From Rhodothermales bacterium (GTDB lineage Bacteria > Bacteroidota > Rhodothermia > Rhodothermales > Bin80), in the NCBI GenBank assembly GCA_963665975.1, contig OY762508.1, forward strand, positions 2,781,456-2,845,455: a DNA stretch of 64,000 bases, in the 5' to 3' direction. Positions 1 through 8,957 of this stretch are shown piece by piece (position 1 is the stretch's first letter; every line of letters starts with the position of its first letter). The position numbers were made by a program, and so were the translations under genes. Below the pieces are notes generated by a model. That model saw only the letters and a list, made by a program, of their open reading frames with translations, did not search any database and had not been told where the DNA came from.

Positions 1-737
1 ACCCCCTGCTGTCCTCCCCACGAGCCGCCCACGGCAATATTCATAATCAGGTGAAATGGCCGGTCAAATGGCCATGTACTCCACCCCTGGTTGTCGTTGT
101 AAAACCGAAACAATACCACGCCATCTATCGAGAACTCAATTCTCGTCGGTGACCACTCGGCTACGTAGTCGTGGAAAGCCTGGGTGGCGTCCGGTACAAT
201 CGTCGAACCGCCACGCTGCGTACCTGACTGGTGATTGTAGCGGTCCGTGTGCACGGTGGCATGCACCACATTCGGATTGAATCCGACATGCTCCATAATG
301 TCAATTTCGCCTGTGTCTGGCCACCCACCGTTACCGTAATCACTCTTGGTGGGAAGCATCCAAATGGCTGGCCACGTTCCGCGTCCCCGGGGAAGTTGCG
401 CCCGAACCTCCAGGCGTCCGTACGTCCAGTCTCCCTTGTCTTTGGAAACCAGTCGGGCTGACGTATAATCTCTGGCAAACCCGGACTCTTTGTGCGCTTC
501 TATGATCAAGACATCACCGTCCACCCTGGCATTCTGCTCGCGCGCCTCTGTATAGAATTGAAGTTCCTGATTACCCCAGCCGTGTCCGCCCACATCATAC
601 GACCAGCGCGTCGAGTCGGGAAGGCCATCATAGTCGAATTCGTCGCTCCAAACCAGTTCCCAGGACTGCGCAGAGGATACTCCTGCTGTAAGCAACGCAA
701 ATAAAAACAGGCACAGATGTTGTCGGATCAGATGCAT
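1..737 (-). CDS. Glycoside hydrolase family 16 endo-beta-1,3-glucanase (laminarinase); 3' end cut by window edge
   Basis: Absent from the ORF track because it runs off the left edge. My translation of the minus strand from ATG at 737 gives MHLIRQHLCLFLFALLTAGVSSAQSWELVWSDEFDYDGLPDSTRWSYDVGGHGWGNQELQFYT...TGEIDIMEHVGFNPNVVHATVHT... It has a signal peptide and the GH16 catalytic E-x-D-x-x-E motif (EIDIME). It closely resembles the Rhodothermus marinus laminarinase as I remember it. Confidence 0.85.
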   Translation of the reverse strand, partial: MHLIRQHLCLFLFALLTAGVSSAQSWELVWSDEFDYDGLPDSTRWSYDVGGHGWGNQELQFYTEAREQNARVDGDVLIIEAHKESGFARDYTSARLVSKDKGDWTYGRLEVRAQLPRGRGTWPAIWMLPTKSDYGNGGWPDTGEIDIMEHVGFNPNVVHATVHTDRYNHQSGTQRGGSTIVPDATQAFHDYVAEWSPTRIEFSIDGVVLFRFYNDNQGWSTWPFDRPFHLIMNIAVGGSWGGQQG

Positions 738-835
738 GCAATACGTCTGTAATGATTGTACAAGTAGAGACTAACCTGAACACAGAGTCCATCTGATTGT
801 TCGACGTACTTGCCGCAGACTAACAGTCGGAAGCC

Positions 836-2503
836 GTGTCAGACCTGTTTGTCACAATGCCTCAAGTGCCTTCGCGACTGATCCCTGAGCGCACATGGGT
901 TGCACTCGGGTGTCTCGTGCTCGGTCTGTTTTCCGGGTGCACCTCTGGTGGCCTATATACCGATATTACCGATGGGGCGGATCTCGATTCATTCACGCAC
1001 GCAAATGGCGCACGCGGAGACTATTGGATGCCGGAAATACTCGGTTCCGGCGCAGCCTTTCTGGATTGGGATGGTGACGGCTGGCAGGACGTAATGCTGG
1101 TCAGTGGGGGCACGTGGGGTACCAACCAGCCTCCTGCATTGCGGCTCTTCAGGAATGATCAGGATGGCACGTTTACCGAAGCGACCCGAGAGGCAGGGAT
1201 TGAGAATATAACGGCTTATGGGTTTGGCATTGCCATAGCGGACTACGACAACGATATGGATCAAGACGTGTACATAACTGCCCTCGGATCCAATCTTCTG
1301 TTGCGCAATGACAGTGGGGTATTCACGGAGGTCGGCGTGGCGGCGGGCGTACAGGGCTTCCATCAGTGGAGCACGGCCGCAGTATTCTTTGATGCGGACC
1401 GCGACGGCTGGCTGGACTTGTACGTCGGCGGATACGTGCCCTGGGATTCTACGCGTGACGTTCATTGCCCGGGCCCGGACGGGCGAAAGATCTACTGTAC
1501 GCCGAAGGTATACACCGGGCTGCCGCACCAATTCTATCATAACAATGGAGACGGAACGTTTACCGATTGGACCGATGCCGTCGGTTTGCTACCATCACCG
1601 GGCAAGACCCTGGGGGCTGTCGCGCTGGACTATAACCGGGATTTGTGGCCGGACTTGGCCGTGGCCAACGATCTGGAGGCAGACCAGCTCTATGAGAATC
1701 AGGGCGATGGAACGTTTGTCGAACGTGGGCTGCTCAGCGGTATTGCGTACGACGCCCGTGGCATCGCCACGGCCGGCATGGGAATAGCTTCTGGAGATCT
1801 GAACGGGGAAGGAGAGGTCTCGCTGGTGATCGGCAACTTTTCCAATCAGATGATGGGCGTTTTCCACCATGTCGGCAGAGGGCACTTTATGGATCGCGCT
1901 GCATCCTCCCGTATCGGGGGATTGAGTCGACAGACTCTTACTTTCGGTCTGTTCCTGTTTGATGTGGACCTGGACGGCGACCTGGATGTATTCGCGGCCA
2001 ACGGGCACATCCACGCGCATGTGGACCAGAATGCGAGCGGCATCACCTACCAGCAGACACCACACTTGTTTGTAAATCGGGGTGACGGCGTATTCGAAGA
2101 TCACGGAGGCACGTTTCCGCCCCTTCTGGGCAGGGGAGCGGCCTATGGTGACATAGATCGCGATGGTGATCTTGACTTGCTGATGACACAAAACGGAGAT
2201 GCGGTCCGACTCTGGCGCAATGAGGCGGGCGGCCGATACCTGCGCGTCTTGCTTCAGGGAACAACAAGCAACCGGGATGGAGCGGGTGCCTGGCTTGCAT
2301 GTTATGCTGCTGAATCACGGCAGGTGCGCTACGTAACCACAGGCGGTAGCTACCTTTCGCAATCGGAGCGGACGATCACACTTGGTCTAGGTGCGCATGC
2401 GTTGGTTGATTCCGTGCATGTGACGTGGCCAAGCGGCCGATTCTCGCGTCTGTACGCGCTCCCGGCCGATACGCTTCTCGTTGTAACGGAACCGTCTCTG
2501 TAG
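836..2503 (+). CDS. CRTAC1-family protein (FG-GAP/VCBS repeats + ASPIC/UnbV C-terminal domain), probable lipoprotein
   Basis: 555-aa ORF with repeated Ca-binding DxDxDG-type motifs (DWDGDGWQD, DADRDGWLD, DVDLDGDLD, DIDRDGDLD). The C-terminus is UnbV/ASPIC-like (LRVLLQGTTSNRDGAGAWL...GGSYLSQSE). N-terminal signal with a Cys (LFSGCTS). Confidence 0.85.
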   Translation: MSDLFVTMPQVPSRLIPERTWVALGCLVLGLFSGCTSGGLYTDITDGADLDSFTHANGARGDYWMPEILGSGAAFLDWDGDGWQDVMLVSGGTWGTNQPPALRLFRNDQDGTFTEATREAGIENITAYGFGIAIADYDNDMDQDVYITALGSNLLLRNDSGVFTEVGVAAGVQGFHQWSTAAVFFDADRDGWLDLYVGGYVPWDSTRDVHCPGPDGRKIYCTPKVYTGLPHQFYHNNGDGTFTDWTDAVGLLPSPGKTLGAVALDYNRDLWPDLAVANDLEADQLYENQGDGTFVERGLLSGIAYDARGIATAGMGIASGDLNGEGEVSLVIGNFSNQMMGVFHHVGRGHFMDRAASSRIGGLSRQTLTFGLFLFDVDLDGDLDVFAANGHIHAHVDQNASGITYQQTPHLFVNRGDGVFEDHGGTFPPLLGRGAAYGDIDRDGDLDLLMTQNGDAVRLWRNEAGGRYLRVLLQGTTSNRDGAGAWLACYAAESRQVRYVTTGGSYLSQSERTITLGLGAHALVDSVHVTWPSGRFSRLYALPADTLLVVTEPSL

Positions 2504-2506
2504 CCC

Positions 2507-3286
2507 ATGCGCACTATCTTGCTGATAGCTCTATTTCTGGCCACGGCTGGCTGCGAGGAGGAAGCGCCGCAACTTCCAGTTGGAGCTGCTGAGCATTTGC
2601 AGGATGCGATTACGGCATTGCGTGCTAATGCAACACACGATGCTCTCGCACACGCGGACAGCGCCCTGCAGTTGGCGCCCGAGCACCCATACACGCACTT
2701 TGTGAAGGGGCAGGCGCATTATGTTTCGGCCGACTTCGTTGCCGCGCGCCGGGCGTGGGAGCGGGCCAGCGCACTGGAGCCGGACAACTTCGCCTGGTGG
2801 CAAAGCCTGGGTGACGCTGCGTTCCAGCAGGGAGATTATGCAGCTTCGCTCACGTTCTATGAGCGTGCGCTGCGCCTCAGTCCGGAGGCCGTTTCGTGGC
2901 ACGGAGCAGCCGGTGCCTATTGGGAAATGAGTCAGCCTCTGGCGGCGCGTCGGGCCTGCGAAAAGGCGCTGGCCTTGGATTCGACCTACGCCCCGGCCTA
3001 CCTGAGTCTGGCCATAATCACAGAGCACGACGGTGAGCTTCGCGAGGCCCTGTGGCACGCGCTGCAGGCAGCGCGCCTTGCGCCCGAGCATCTGCCGTCA
3101 CTACTCGCGGCGGGCCGCTTGCATCGCTTGCTGGAGGAGCCGCTTGAGGCGATCCCACTGCTTCGAAGGGCGCAGCAGGCGGCGCCCAATAGTTCGGCGG
3201 TGCGCTATAATCTCGCACTGGCATTGCAGCAGGCGGGTCTTGACGACGATGCGGCACAGGTCTGGCAAGGCGCTACAAGGCCATGA
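2507..3286 (+). CDS. Tetratricopeptide-repeat (TPR) lipoprotein
   Basis: 259 aa with a lipobox-like N-terminus (LFLATAGCEE) and several 34-aa A/L/Y/W-rich TPR-like repeats. It starts 3 nt after the CRTAC1 stop, so the two genes are probably co-translated. Confidence 0.8.
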   Translation: MRTILLIALFLATAGCEEEAPQLPVGAAEHLQDAITALRANATHDALAHADSALQLAPEHPYTHFVKGQAHYVSADFVAARRAWERASALEPDNFAWWQSLGDAAFQQGDYAASLTFYERALRLSPEAVSWHGAAGAYWEMSQPLAARRACEKALALDSTYAPAYLSLAIITEHDGELREALWHALQAARLAPEHLPSLLAAGRLHRLLEEPLEAIPLLRRAQQAAPNSSAVRYNLALALQQAGLDDDAAQVWQGATRP

Positions 3287-4598
3287 TCTGTTTGAATAGC
3301 ACAGTGTCCACTTGCACGATTGCGGTATGACGCAGTGTGGCGGTCAGTGCCGAATCCACCATCCCTTGCGCGCGCAAGCGGGCGGCCATAAATGCGTGGC
3401 GCTCATTCTCAACGTCGACCTGGAATTCGTCACTGCCAGCAAGGCTGGCGGCCTCTCCAGCGCGGGCAAAGGCTTCATTGCGAAGCGCACGCCCGACGGA
3501 GACCACCGTACGCTGTGAGACTTCTCCAGACGGCAATGCTGGCAGCCAGAAGATATAGTCGAAGGCGGTGAAAACGTGCTTGCGGCCATCCTGCGTGTAT
3601 GTGGCCAGTGGCGTTGACGGCGAAAAGGCATTTGGCGCTTCCTCCTGTTCGAGAGCGATATCGATTGCGCCGCGCCCGACTCGTTGCTCCAGGCGATTGA
3701 GCGTTGCACGCAACGCACGTATGCCGTCGGAGTATACCTCGACGCCAAGTCCTTCCATAAAACCCCTTACATAACGGTCGCCCTCGAGACGCCGGCGCCT
3801 TAAGCGCATCATACTTGCTATGCCGTTCTTGCGGGTCTGGAATTCCGATTCGGTAAGTACAGGCGCATGCTGGCGGTCTTCAACGTGTATGATGTGCCAG
3901 CCCTGCCGGCTGCGTACGGGTGCGGAATAGGCTCCCACATCAAGATCAAAGGCCGCTTCTGCAAAGGCGTCATCCACCTGAAAATACCCCATCTGCCCCA
4001 GGTAACCAGCCATTGAGTCAGAGGTCTGAAAGCAGTCCATGGCCTCATCCAAAAATGGCCGGCCAGCCTCCAGCCGTGCGTAGGCGGCCTGCGCATCCAA
4101 CTCATTTCTGTAGTACAAATGGCGCGCTATGACAGGCTGTTTGTATTTGACGTAGGCCAGGCGAATTTCCGCATCCGTGAGCGGAGGGAGCTTTTGAAGC
4201 AGCTCACGTTCGTAGTAGCGGGCCCCCAATGCTGTCTTCAAAGCCAGACTTTCGCGCGCCCGAGCTATACTGTCCGCTCCCAGGCCGCGCCGGATCGCTT
4301 CCTTTGCAAGCAGATGGTCATCAATAAGCCGATCCAGGTGCGCACGGCGGGCCTCTTCCGTGTCATTGGCCCCTGAACGCATGAGGTCATACACGTATGA
4401 CCTTTCGAAGTCATTAACGGTAATCACATGGCCGTTTACGCGTGCCAAAGGAAGTGTTTGCTCTTCCGGAAGGCTGCGGCCGCAGGCAGCCAGCCCTATT
4501 GCGAGGCAGGTCGCAACAATCGCAATTCGCCACTCAAAAGTAGATGCGAAAGTCCAGCATCTGCGTATTCCCAAGCAGTTCGAACGGCGTATACGCAT
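3273..4598 (-). CDS. PpiC/parvulin-type peptidyl-prolyl cis-trans isomerase (SurA-like N-terminal region)
   Basis: Parvulin domain (GYLGQMGYFQVDDAFAEAAFDLDVGAYSAPVRSRQGWHIIHVEDRQ) and lipoprotein signal (IAIVATCLAIGLAACG). I place the start at ATG 4598. The ORF-track start at 4757 lies deep inside the upstream porV-like gene. Confidence 0.8.
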   Translation of the reverse strand: MRIRRSNCLGIRRCWTFASTFEWRIAIVATCLAIGLAACGRSLPEEQTLPLARVNGHVITVNDFERSYVYDLMRSGANDTEEARRAHLDRLIDDHLLAKEAIRRGLGADSIARARESLALKTALGARYYERELLQKLPPLTDAEIRLAYVKYKQPVIARHLYYRNELDAQAAYARLEAGRPFLDEAMDCFQTSDSMAGYLGQMGYFQVDDAFAEAAFDLDVGAYSAPVRSRQGWHIIHVEDRQHAPVLTESEFQTRKNGIASMMRLRRRRLEGDRYVRGFMEGLGVEVYSDGIRALRATLNRLEQRVGRGAIDIALEQEEAPNAFSPSTPLATYTQDGRKHVFTAFDYIFWLPALPSGEVSQRTVVSVGRALRNEAFARAGEAASLAGSDEFQVDVENERHAFMAARLRAQGMVDSALTATLRHTAIVQVDTVLFKQIMAL

Positions 4599-5583
4599 AG
4601 TCAAATCCCGCGCGCATACCAAGAGCGCGTACATCCAGTCCGGCCCCGAGCGTGAGGTGACTGTCAACGTGATCGATGAAGAGATCTTTGTATCCGGCAC
4701 GCAGATCAAAGTTGAAGGTGCGGTTATACAGGCGAAGTTGTCCGCCAAAATCGCCATTCAGGCGGTTATCGATACTCTGATGGGCATCAGCCAGTACCAG
4801 AAGCTCTACGTGATTCAGTCGAAAAACTGGCAGCGCCATGCCGAACTTGAATGACAGGGGCAAATCCCACGTGTCCATTTCCAGGCGGGCTGGTACATCC
4901 GGATTGTTGCCACTGGTAGTTTCGTCAATATCCACAAACACGACACTGTTGATGCCGCCCATTTGCATCTTGCTGCCAAAGTTCAGGATAGACGCCGCCA
5001 GTGTCAGTCCCTGCAGATATTGCGTCTGGAGCACGAACCCGAAATCAAACGCGACGGCATCTGCGCTCATGTCGCGAATCTGTTGCCGCACGTACTTGAC
5101 GGTGCCCCCAAAGTAGAAGGTCGACGTGAGCGACTGCGCATAGGTCAGACCCAGACTAATGTCGCGCGCCCGGAAGGTCTGTCCTGTGCCTTCGGGGAAT
5201 GCCACGGTGCGCACCTGCATGGATCCGTAGTCCATTGATGCCACGCTCAAGCCAATAGCACGCGTGCCAAGCACGGGAATAACCACCGCTGCGGCGTTGT
5301 AATCGATGCCTGCCAACCACTGGGCATGCGAAAGCAGCAAGCTGCCGCTCTGCCTGTCACCGTACGATCGGGCGGCGCCTGCCGGATTCCAAAAGAGCGC
5401 ATCCGCTCCGGTGGCCAACGCGGTGTATGCATGGCCTACAGCCTGTCCACGCGCGCCCGTGCCCAGGGTCAGAAATGCTGCGGCCGTAGTGCCGGTGCGA
5501 TTCTGCGCCAGAGCACCAGCCGGAAGTGCGGCAAGCAGTAGCGCCAGAATAAACGCGCGTGGAATATGGATGCCCGGTCTCAT
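4534..5583 (-). CDS. porV: PorV/PorQ-family outer-membrane beta-barrel (T9SS shuttle/channel protein family)
   Basis: Signal peptide MRPGIHIPRAFILALLLAALPAGALAQ followed by the family motif AAAFLTLGTGARGQAVGHAYTALATGADALFWNPAGAA. The C-terminus is beta-barrel-like (MLDFRIYF). The start ATG at 5583 overlaps the upstream stop (ATGA). Confidence 0.75.
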   Translation of the reverse strand: MRPGIHIPRAFILALLLAALPAGALAQNRTGTTAAAFLTLGTGARGQAVGHAYTALATGADALFWNPAGAARSYGDRQSGSLLLSHAQWLAGIDYNAAAVVIPVLGTRAIGLSVASMDYGSMQVRTVAFPEGTGQTFRARDISLGLTYAQSLTSTFYFGGTVKYVRQQIRDMSADAVAFDFGFVLQTQYLQGLTLAASILNFGSKMQMGGINSVVFVDIDETTSGNNPDVPARLEMDTWDLPLSFKFGMALPVFRLNHVELLVLADAHQSIDNRLNGDFGGQLRLYNRTFNFDLRAGYKDLFIDHVDSHLTLGAGLDVRALGMRAGFDYAYTPFELLGNTQMLDFRIYF

Positions 5584-8500
5584 TTGATGAGTGCGAACTT
5601 GCCGACATGCTCCCCGATTCCCGGAGCTTTCACATGGAAGATGTACACGCCGAAAGCCACGTCCTGCTGCTCCTCGGTTCGCAAATCCCACCACTGGGCG
5701 CCGTCAGACGTGCCGCCGTCGTGGTGGAGTGTTTTGATCAGCTCTCCGCGGATATTGAATATTCGGATCGTGCACTGGGGTGGGAGGTGTATGAATTGCA
5801 CGCGGCGCTCGCCCCGACCCTCAATTTGCGAGCGTGGCTCAAAAGCTGAAGCTCCCACGTATGGATTAGGTACGACCGCAATTCTGTCCATTTCGTCCTT
5901 TGCCTGGTCAGCATCAATGACCGATGGACGCAGTGTAAACTGGAAGAAATCCCCCGTGGCAAAGGGGCGCAGAGCAGAAATGCGCAGGACATTACCTGCT
6001 GACGGTGGTATGGAATTGTTCGCGTCGGCAGCAGTAAATGTGATGCGGTAACGGAAGCGGCGCACGCCACGGCCGTCCAGCTGCTCATGAATGATCAGAT
6101 CATCCTCGTTGTCAAAATCACCGCTCTGGTTGGTATCCTGTATGAATAGATCCGCCAACGTGTTTTTGGTGACATTTCTGGCAAAGACCGGCACCGACAT
6201 ACGCAAAAACCCGAAAACGCGTGGCGGCCGGTAGAGCGAGTCGTCAGGCGATACCCATATCAGTTCATAGTCATCGGGGGAAGGCACGAAAGCGCTGGTT
6301 GTATCGGGGCGCACCCCAGCCACCCAGTTTGTCTGGTACCCGTCCAGCGTTCGCGGATCCACGTCGAACACCTCGTTTTGTGTGCCCTGGTTGGCTGCAT
6401 ACCCCGTGCGAACGAGATCCATTTCGCAGCCGAACGGCGGGGCGCACTCCACGTTAGTTATATCGATCGTAAAGCCCGCTGTCGGTGGCGTAGTTTCCAT
6501 GAGTGGCGAACGCGCGATGAGCGTTTCGCCGCTCGATATATTCAGGATTTCGTACGCCGTGGTTGCGTAAAGGTCCGAAGTCGGGGCAATCTGATCGCTA
6601 TAGAATCCAATCCGGTATATCGCGCCAAAATCAGCTGCGTCTTCCTGTACGACACGCACGGTTACTGATCCTGCGCCAATACCCTCCGTTACGCGGCTCA
6701 AATCCTCGTTTGTGCCCCCCTCCACGTATCCCACGGGAAGCGACCGTGGCATGACCACCGCCGCATTGCGCGAAAAGCCGGTAATGCGGCCTGCCTGGTT
6801 GACACTAATGTTGAACGGGGTTTCCTGCGGGTCTATCGGATCCTTGGAGAGATCGGTCGGATCACGGACACCGCGGTCATAGGCCGCCAGAACATAGAAG
6901 TACGTGATGCCATTGGTGACATCCTCGTCTATATAATGGAACTGCAATCCACTGTCACTGCCCAGATAGTACACGGCTTCGCCCTCCAGCACCGTTACCG
7001 GACCTTGAATGCCGTTGACGAGATCCCACTGCGCAATCGGCTTAAAGAAGGTGGCAGCACCGTCCAAATCGGTGATGGTTCGCGCGTCGAAGAGCAACGG
7101 ATCGGTGCCCTTGTACAGCCGGAACCCTTCGAAGTCGAACTCCTGAATGAAGCGGTCGAAGCTGCGGACAGCCAGTGTATCCCAACTCAATATGACACGT
7201 TCGTCGCCCGGCACAGCTGTGAGCTTGGGCAAGAACGGCGGTTGGGCGAAGTTATAGTCTGCATTGAAGATGCTCTGTGCCGTACGGCGGTTCTTGAAGA
7301 AGTCCCGCTCATCCTCGCCGAAAATCCACGCCGTCGAAAAGAAGTCAGTGCCACCTGGCTCAAGCCCCACGGGACCCGATGAGAACAGCAAGAACGGCTC
7401 CAGGTCCGCCTTGAATGCCTCCGGCTTTGTGCCGAGTGGGAACTGTGCATAGGAAATGATGCGGTCCCACATCCAGGAATCATCGCGCAGATTGTCTCCG
7501 CTCTCATAGAACGGACGCGTCTGGAGGTCGAATCCCGTCAATCCGACCTGGTCAGACTCATCAATGTCCAATTCGTCAAAATTCGGCTCACCGAGCGTAG
7601 GTATGCCGTCGGCCTCGCCATCGTCTGGGCCGCTGTAGCCCAGATCAAACGGTCCCTGCCCGTCACGCCCCACGTCGTTGTTGATAGACTCCCCTTGATC
7701 CCAGCTTCCGTTTTCGTTTTCGTCCTCGAACCCGACCCAATCGAGGTTTTCGTCTCCTGTCCACCAGCGGCCTGCGATGTAGGCCGGGCGATTCTCGATC
7801 GGACCATTGAAGGCCTCGAAGTTGGCTACATCATACATGCCCTCGACCATGGCACGGATGTTTTCCTGGCCCTCAACGAGTGTGCCGGGTCCATTGAATC
7901 GCGATTCGTCTGTAATGCCATCCTCGTCGTTGTCCAAATTGTCGAAGGCGCGCGCCGGGCTTTCCAGGAAGGCGAATCCGGTATAGCCCAGAGGATAGTT
8001 GCCCCCGGTGGGGCGAGAACCGAGTCCGTCCTGGTCCCAGCCATAGGCCACGTCCTGCTGTGGGTCAAAAGCCGCATTCTCATCGCCTTCTTCGTTACCA
8101 AGGCCGTAATCCATGATCTGGCCCAGATACAGGGCGTCATGGATCTTTTCGGTGGCGTTGGTGATGCGATAGAGAATGAACATCAGGTCCTCCGCCAGCA
8201 CGTTCGCCCATTGAAACAGGCGGACCTGAGTCTGCAGCCCCATGCCGCCAATAGTGGAGTCGCTGGCACTGGCGTAGTATACTCCGTACTCGCTGTTGGG
8301 ACGGCCGCTTTCCGTGTCAATTACGTACTCCCGGTCCGTGAAGTCGTCCATCACGTAATAGCTCTCCAAGTCCGCGTTAAATACACCGCGTCCAAAAAAG
8401 CCATTCCAACGTCCGGGCCAGCCTGGATCATCCCGGTTGTTCAGCCGATCCGGCCAAAAGTCAGGCCAGGAAGTCGGATCGTCACTGAGCGCCGGCGTGG

Positions 8501-8957
8501 GCGTACGCAATCCCGTAATGGGATCCAGCCGGTTCTCATTCATGAACCCGGGAAGGGGCGTCCAACCCCACAGTGAGCCGTCCGGGCTGAGCCTTTTCCC
8601 GAAATCCCGGTACGTCAGAATGACCGGGTTCAGCAAGGTGTCTCGTGTGGCGTTGGGAAAGAAGTCTTGCCACTTGGTGCGTTCGCCAGGCACCTGTCCG
8701 GCCACCATGATCCCGACCCCGTCAATATGCCGGCCACCAATACCGCGAGGCCATACGCCGAACGGCACATCATTCCAGCGCGCGAGCTCGCCGTGATTGC
8801 GGAAGTTGGTTTCGATAAGGTTGCCATCCAGCACGCCACGAGCAATCAGATCCTCATCGCCGCGCAAGTTAGGCGGAATATTCTGCGCCTGGACACCGGT
8901 GCCCGTCCAAGCGGTACCGATAAACAAGGCTACAGCGATATGACGCGCGATGCGCAT
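5580..8957 (-). CDS. Large secreted protein of unknown function (1125 aa) with C-terminal T9SS-type sorting / FlgD-Ig-like beta-sandwich
   Basis: Signal peptide (MRIARHIAVALFIGTAWTGTGVQAQ) and acidic DNDEDG/DENENG calcium-like loops. The C-terminus VVPNPYVGASAFEP...CTIRIFNIRGELIKTLHHD...FGVYIFHVKAPGIGEHVGKFALIK resembles T9SS CTDs. The start shares one base with the upstream stop (TGATG). Confidence 0.75.
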   Translation of the reverse strand: MRIARHIAVALFIGTAWTGTGVQAQNIPPNLRGDEDLIARGVLDGNLIETNFRNHGELARWNDVPFGVWPRGIGGRHIDGVGIMVAGQVPGERTKWQDFFPNATRDTLLNPVILTYRDFGKRLSPDGSLWGWTPLPGFMNENRLDPITGLRTPTPALSDDPTSWPDFWPDRLNNRDDPGWPGRWNGFFGRGVFNADLESYYVMDDFTDREYVIDTESGRPNSEYGVYYASASDSTIGGMGLQTQVRLFQWANVLAEDLMFILYRITNATEKIHDALYLGQIMDYGLGNEEGDENAAFDPQQDVAYGWDQDGLGSRPTGGNYPLGYTGFAFLESPARAFDNLDNDEDGITDESRFNGPGTLVEGQENIRAMVEGMYDVANFEAFNGPIENRPAYIAGRWWTGDENLDWVGFEDENENGSWDQGESINNDVGRDGQGPFDLGYSGPDDGEADGIPTLGEPNFDELDIDESDQVGLTGFDLQTRPFYESGDNLRDDSWMWDRIISYAQFPLGTKPEAFKADLEPFLLFSSGPVGLEPGGTDFFSTAWIFGEDERDFFKNRRTAQSIFNADYNFAQPPFLPKLTAVPGDERVILSWDTLAVRSFDRFIQEFDFEGFRLYKGTDPLLFDARTITDLDGAATFFKPIAQWDLVNGIQGPVTVLEGEAVYYLGSDSGLQFHYIDEDVTNGITYFYVLAAYDRGVRDPTDLSKDPIDPQETPFNISVNQAGRITGFSRNAAVVMPRSLPVGYVEGGTNEDLSRVTEGIGAGSVTVRVVQEDAADFGAIYRIGFYSDQIAPTSDLYATTAYEILNISSGETLIARSPLMETTPPTAGFTIDITNVECAPPFGCEMDLVRTGYAANQGTQNEVFDVDPRTLDGYQTNWVAGVRPDTTSAFVPSPDDYELIWVSPDDSLYRPPRVFGFLRMSVPVFARNVTKNTLADLFIQDTNQSGDFDNEDDLIIHEQLDGRGVRRFRYRITFTAADANNSIPPSAGNVLRISALRPFATGDFFQFTLRPSVIDADQAKDEMDRIAVVPNPYVGASAFEPRSQIEGRGERRVQFIHLPPQCTIRIFNIRGELIKTLHHDGGTSDGAQWWDLRTEEQQDVAFGVYIFHVKAPGIGEHVGKFALIK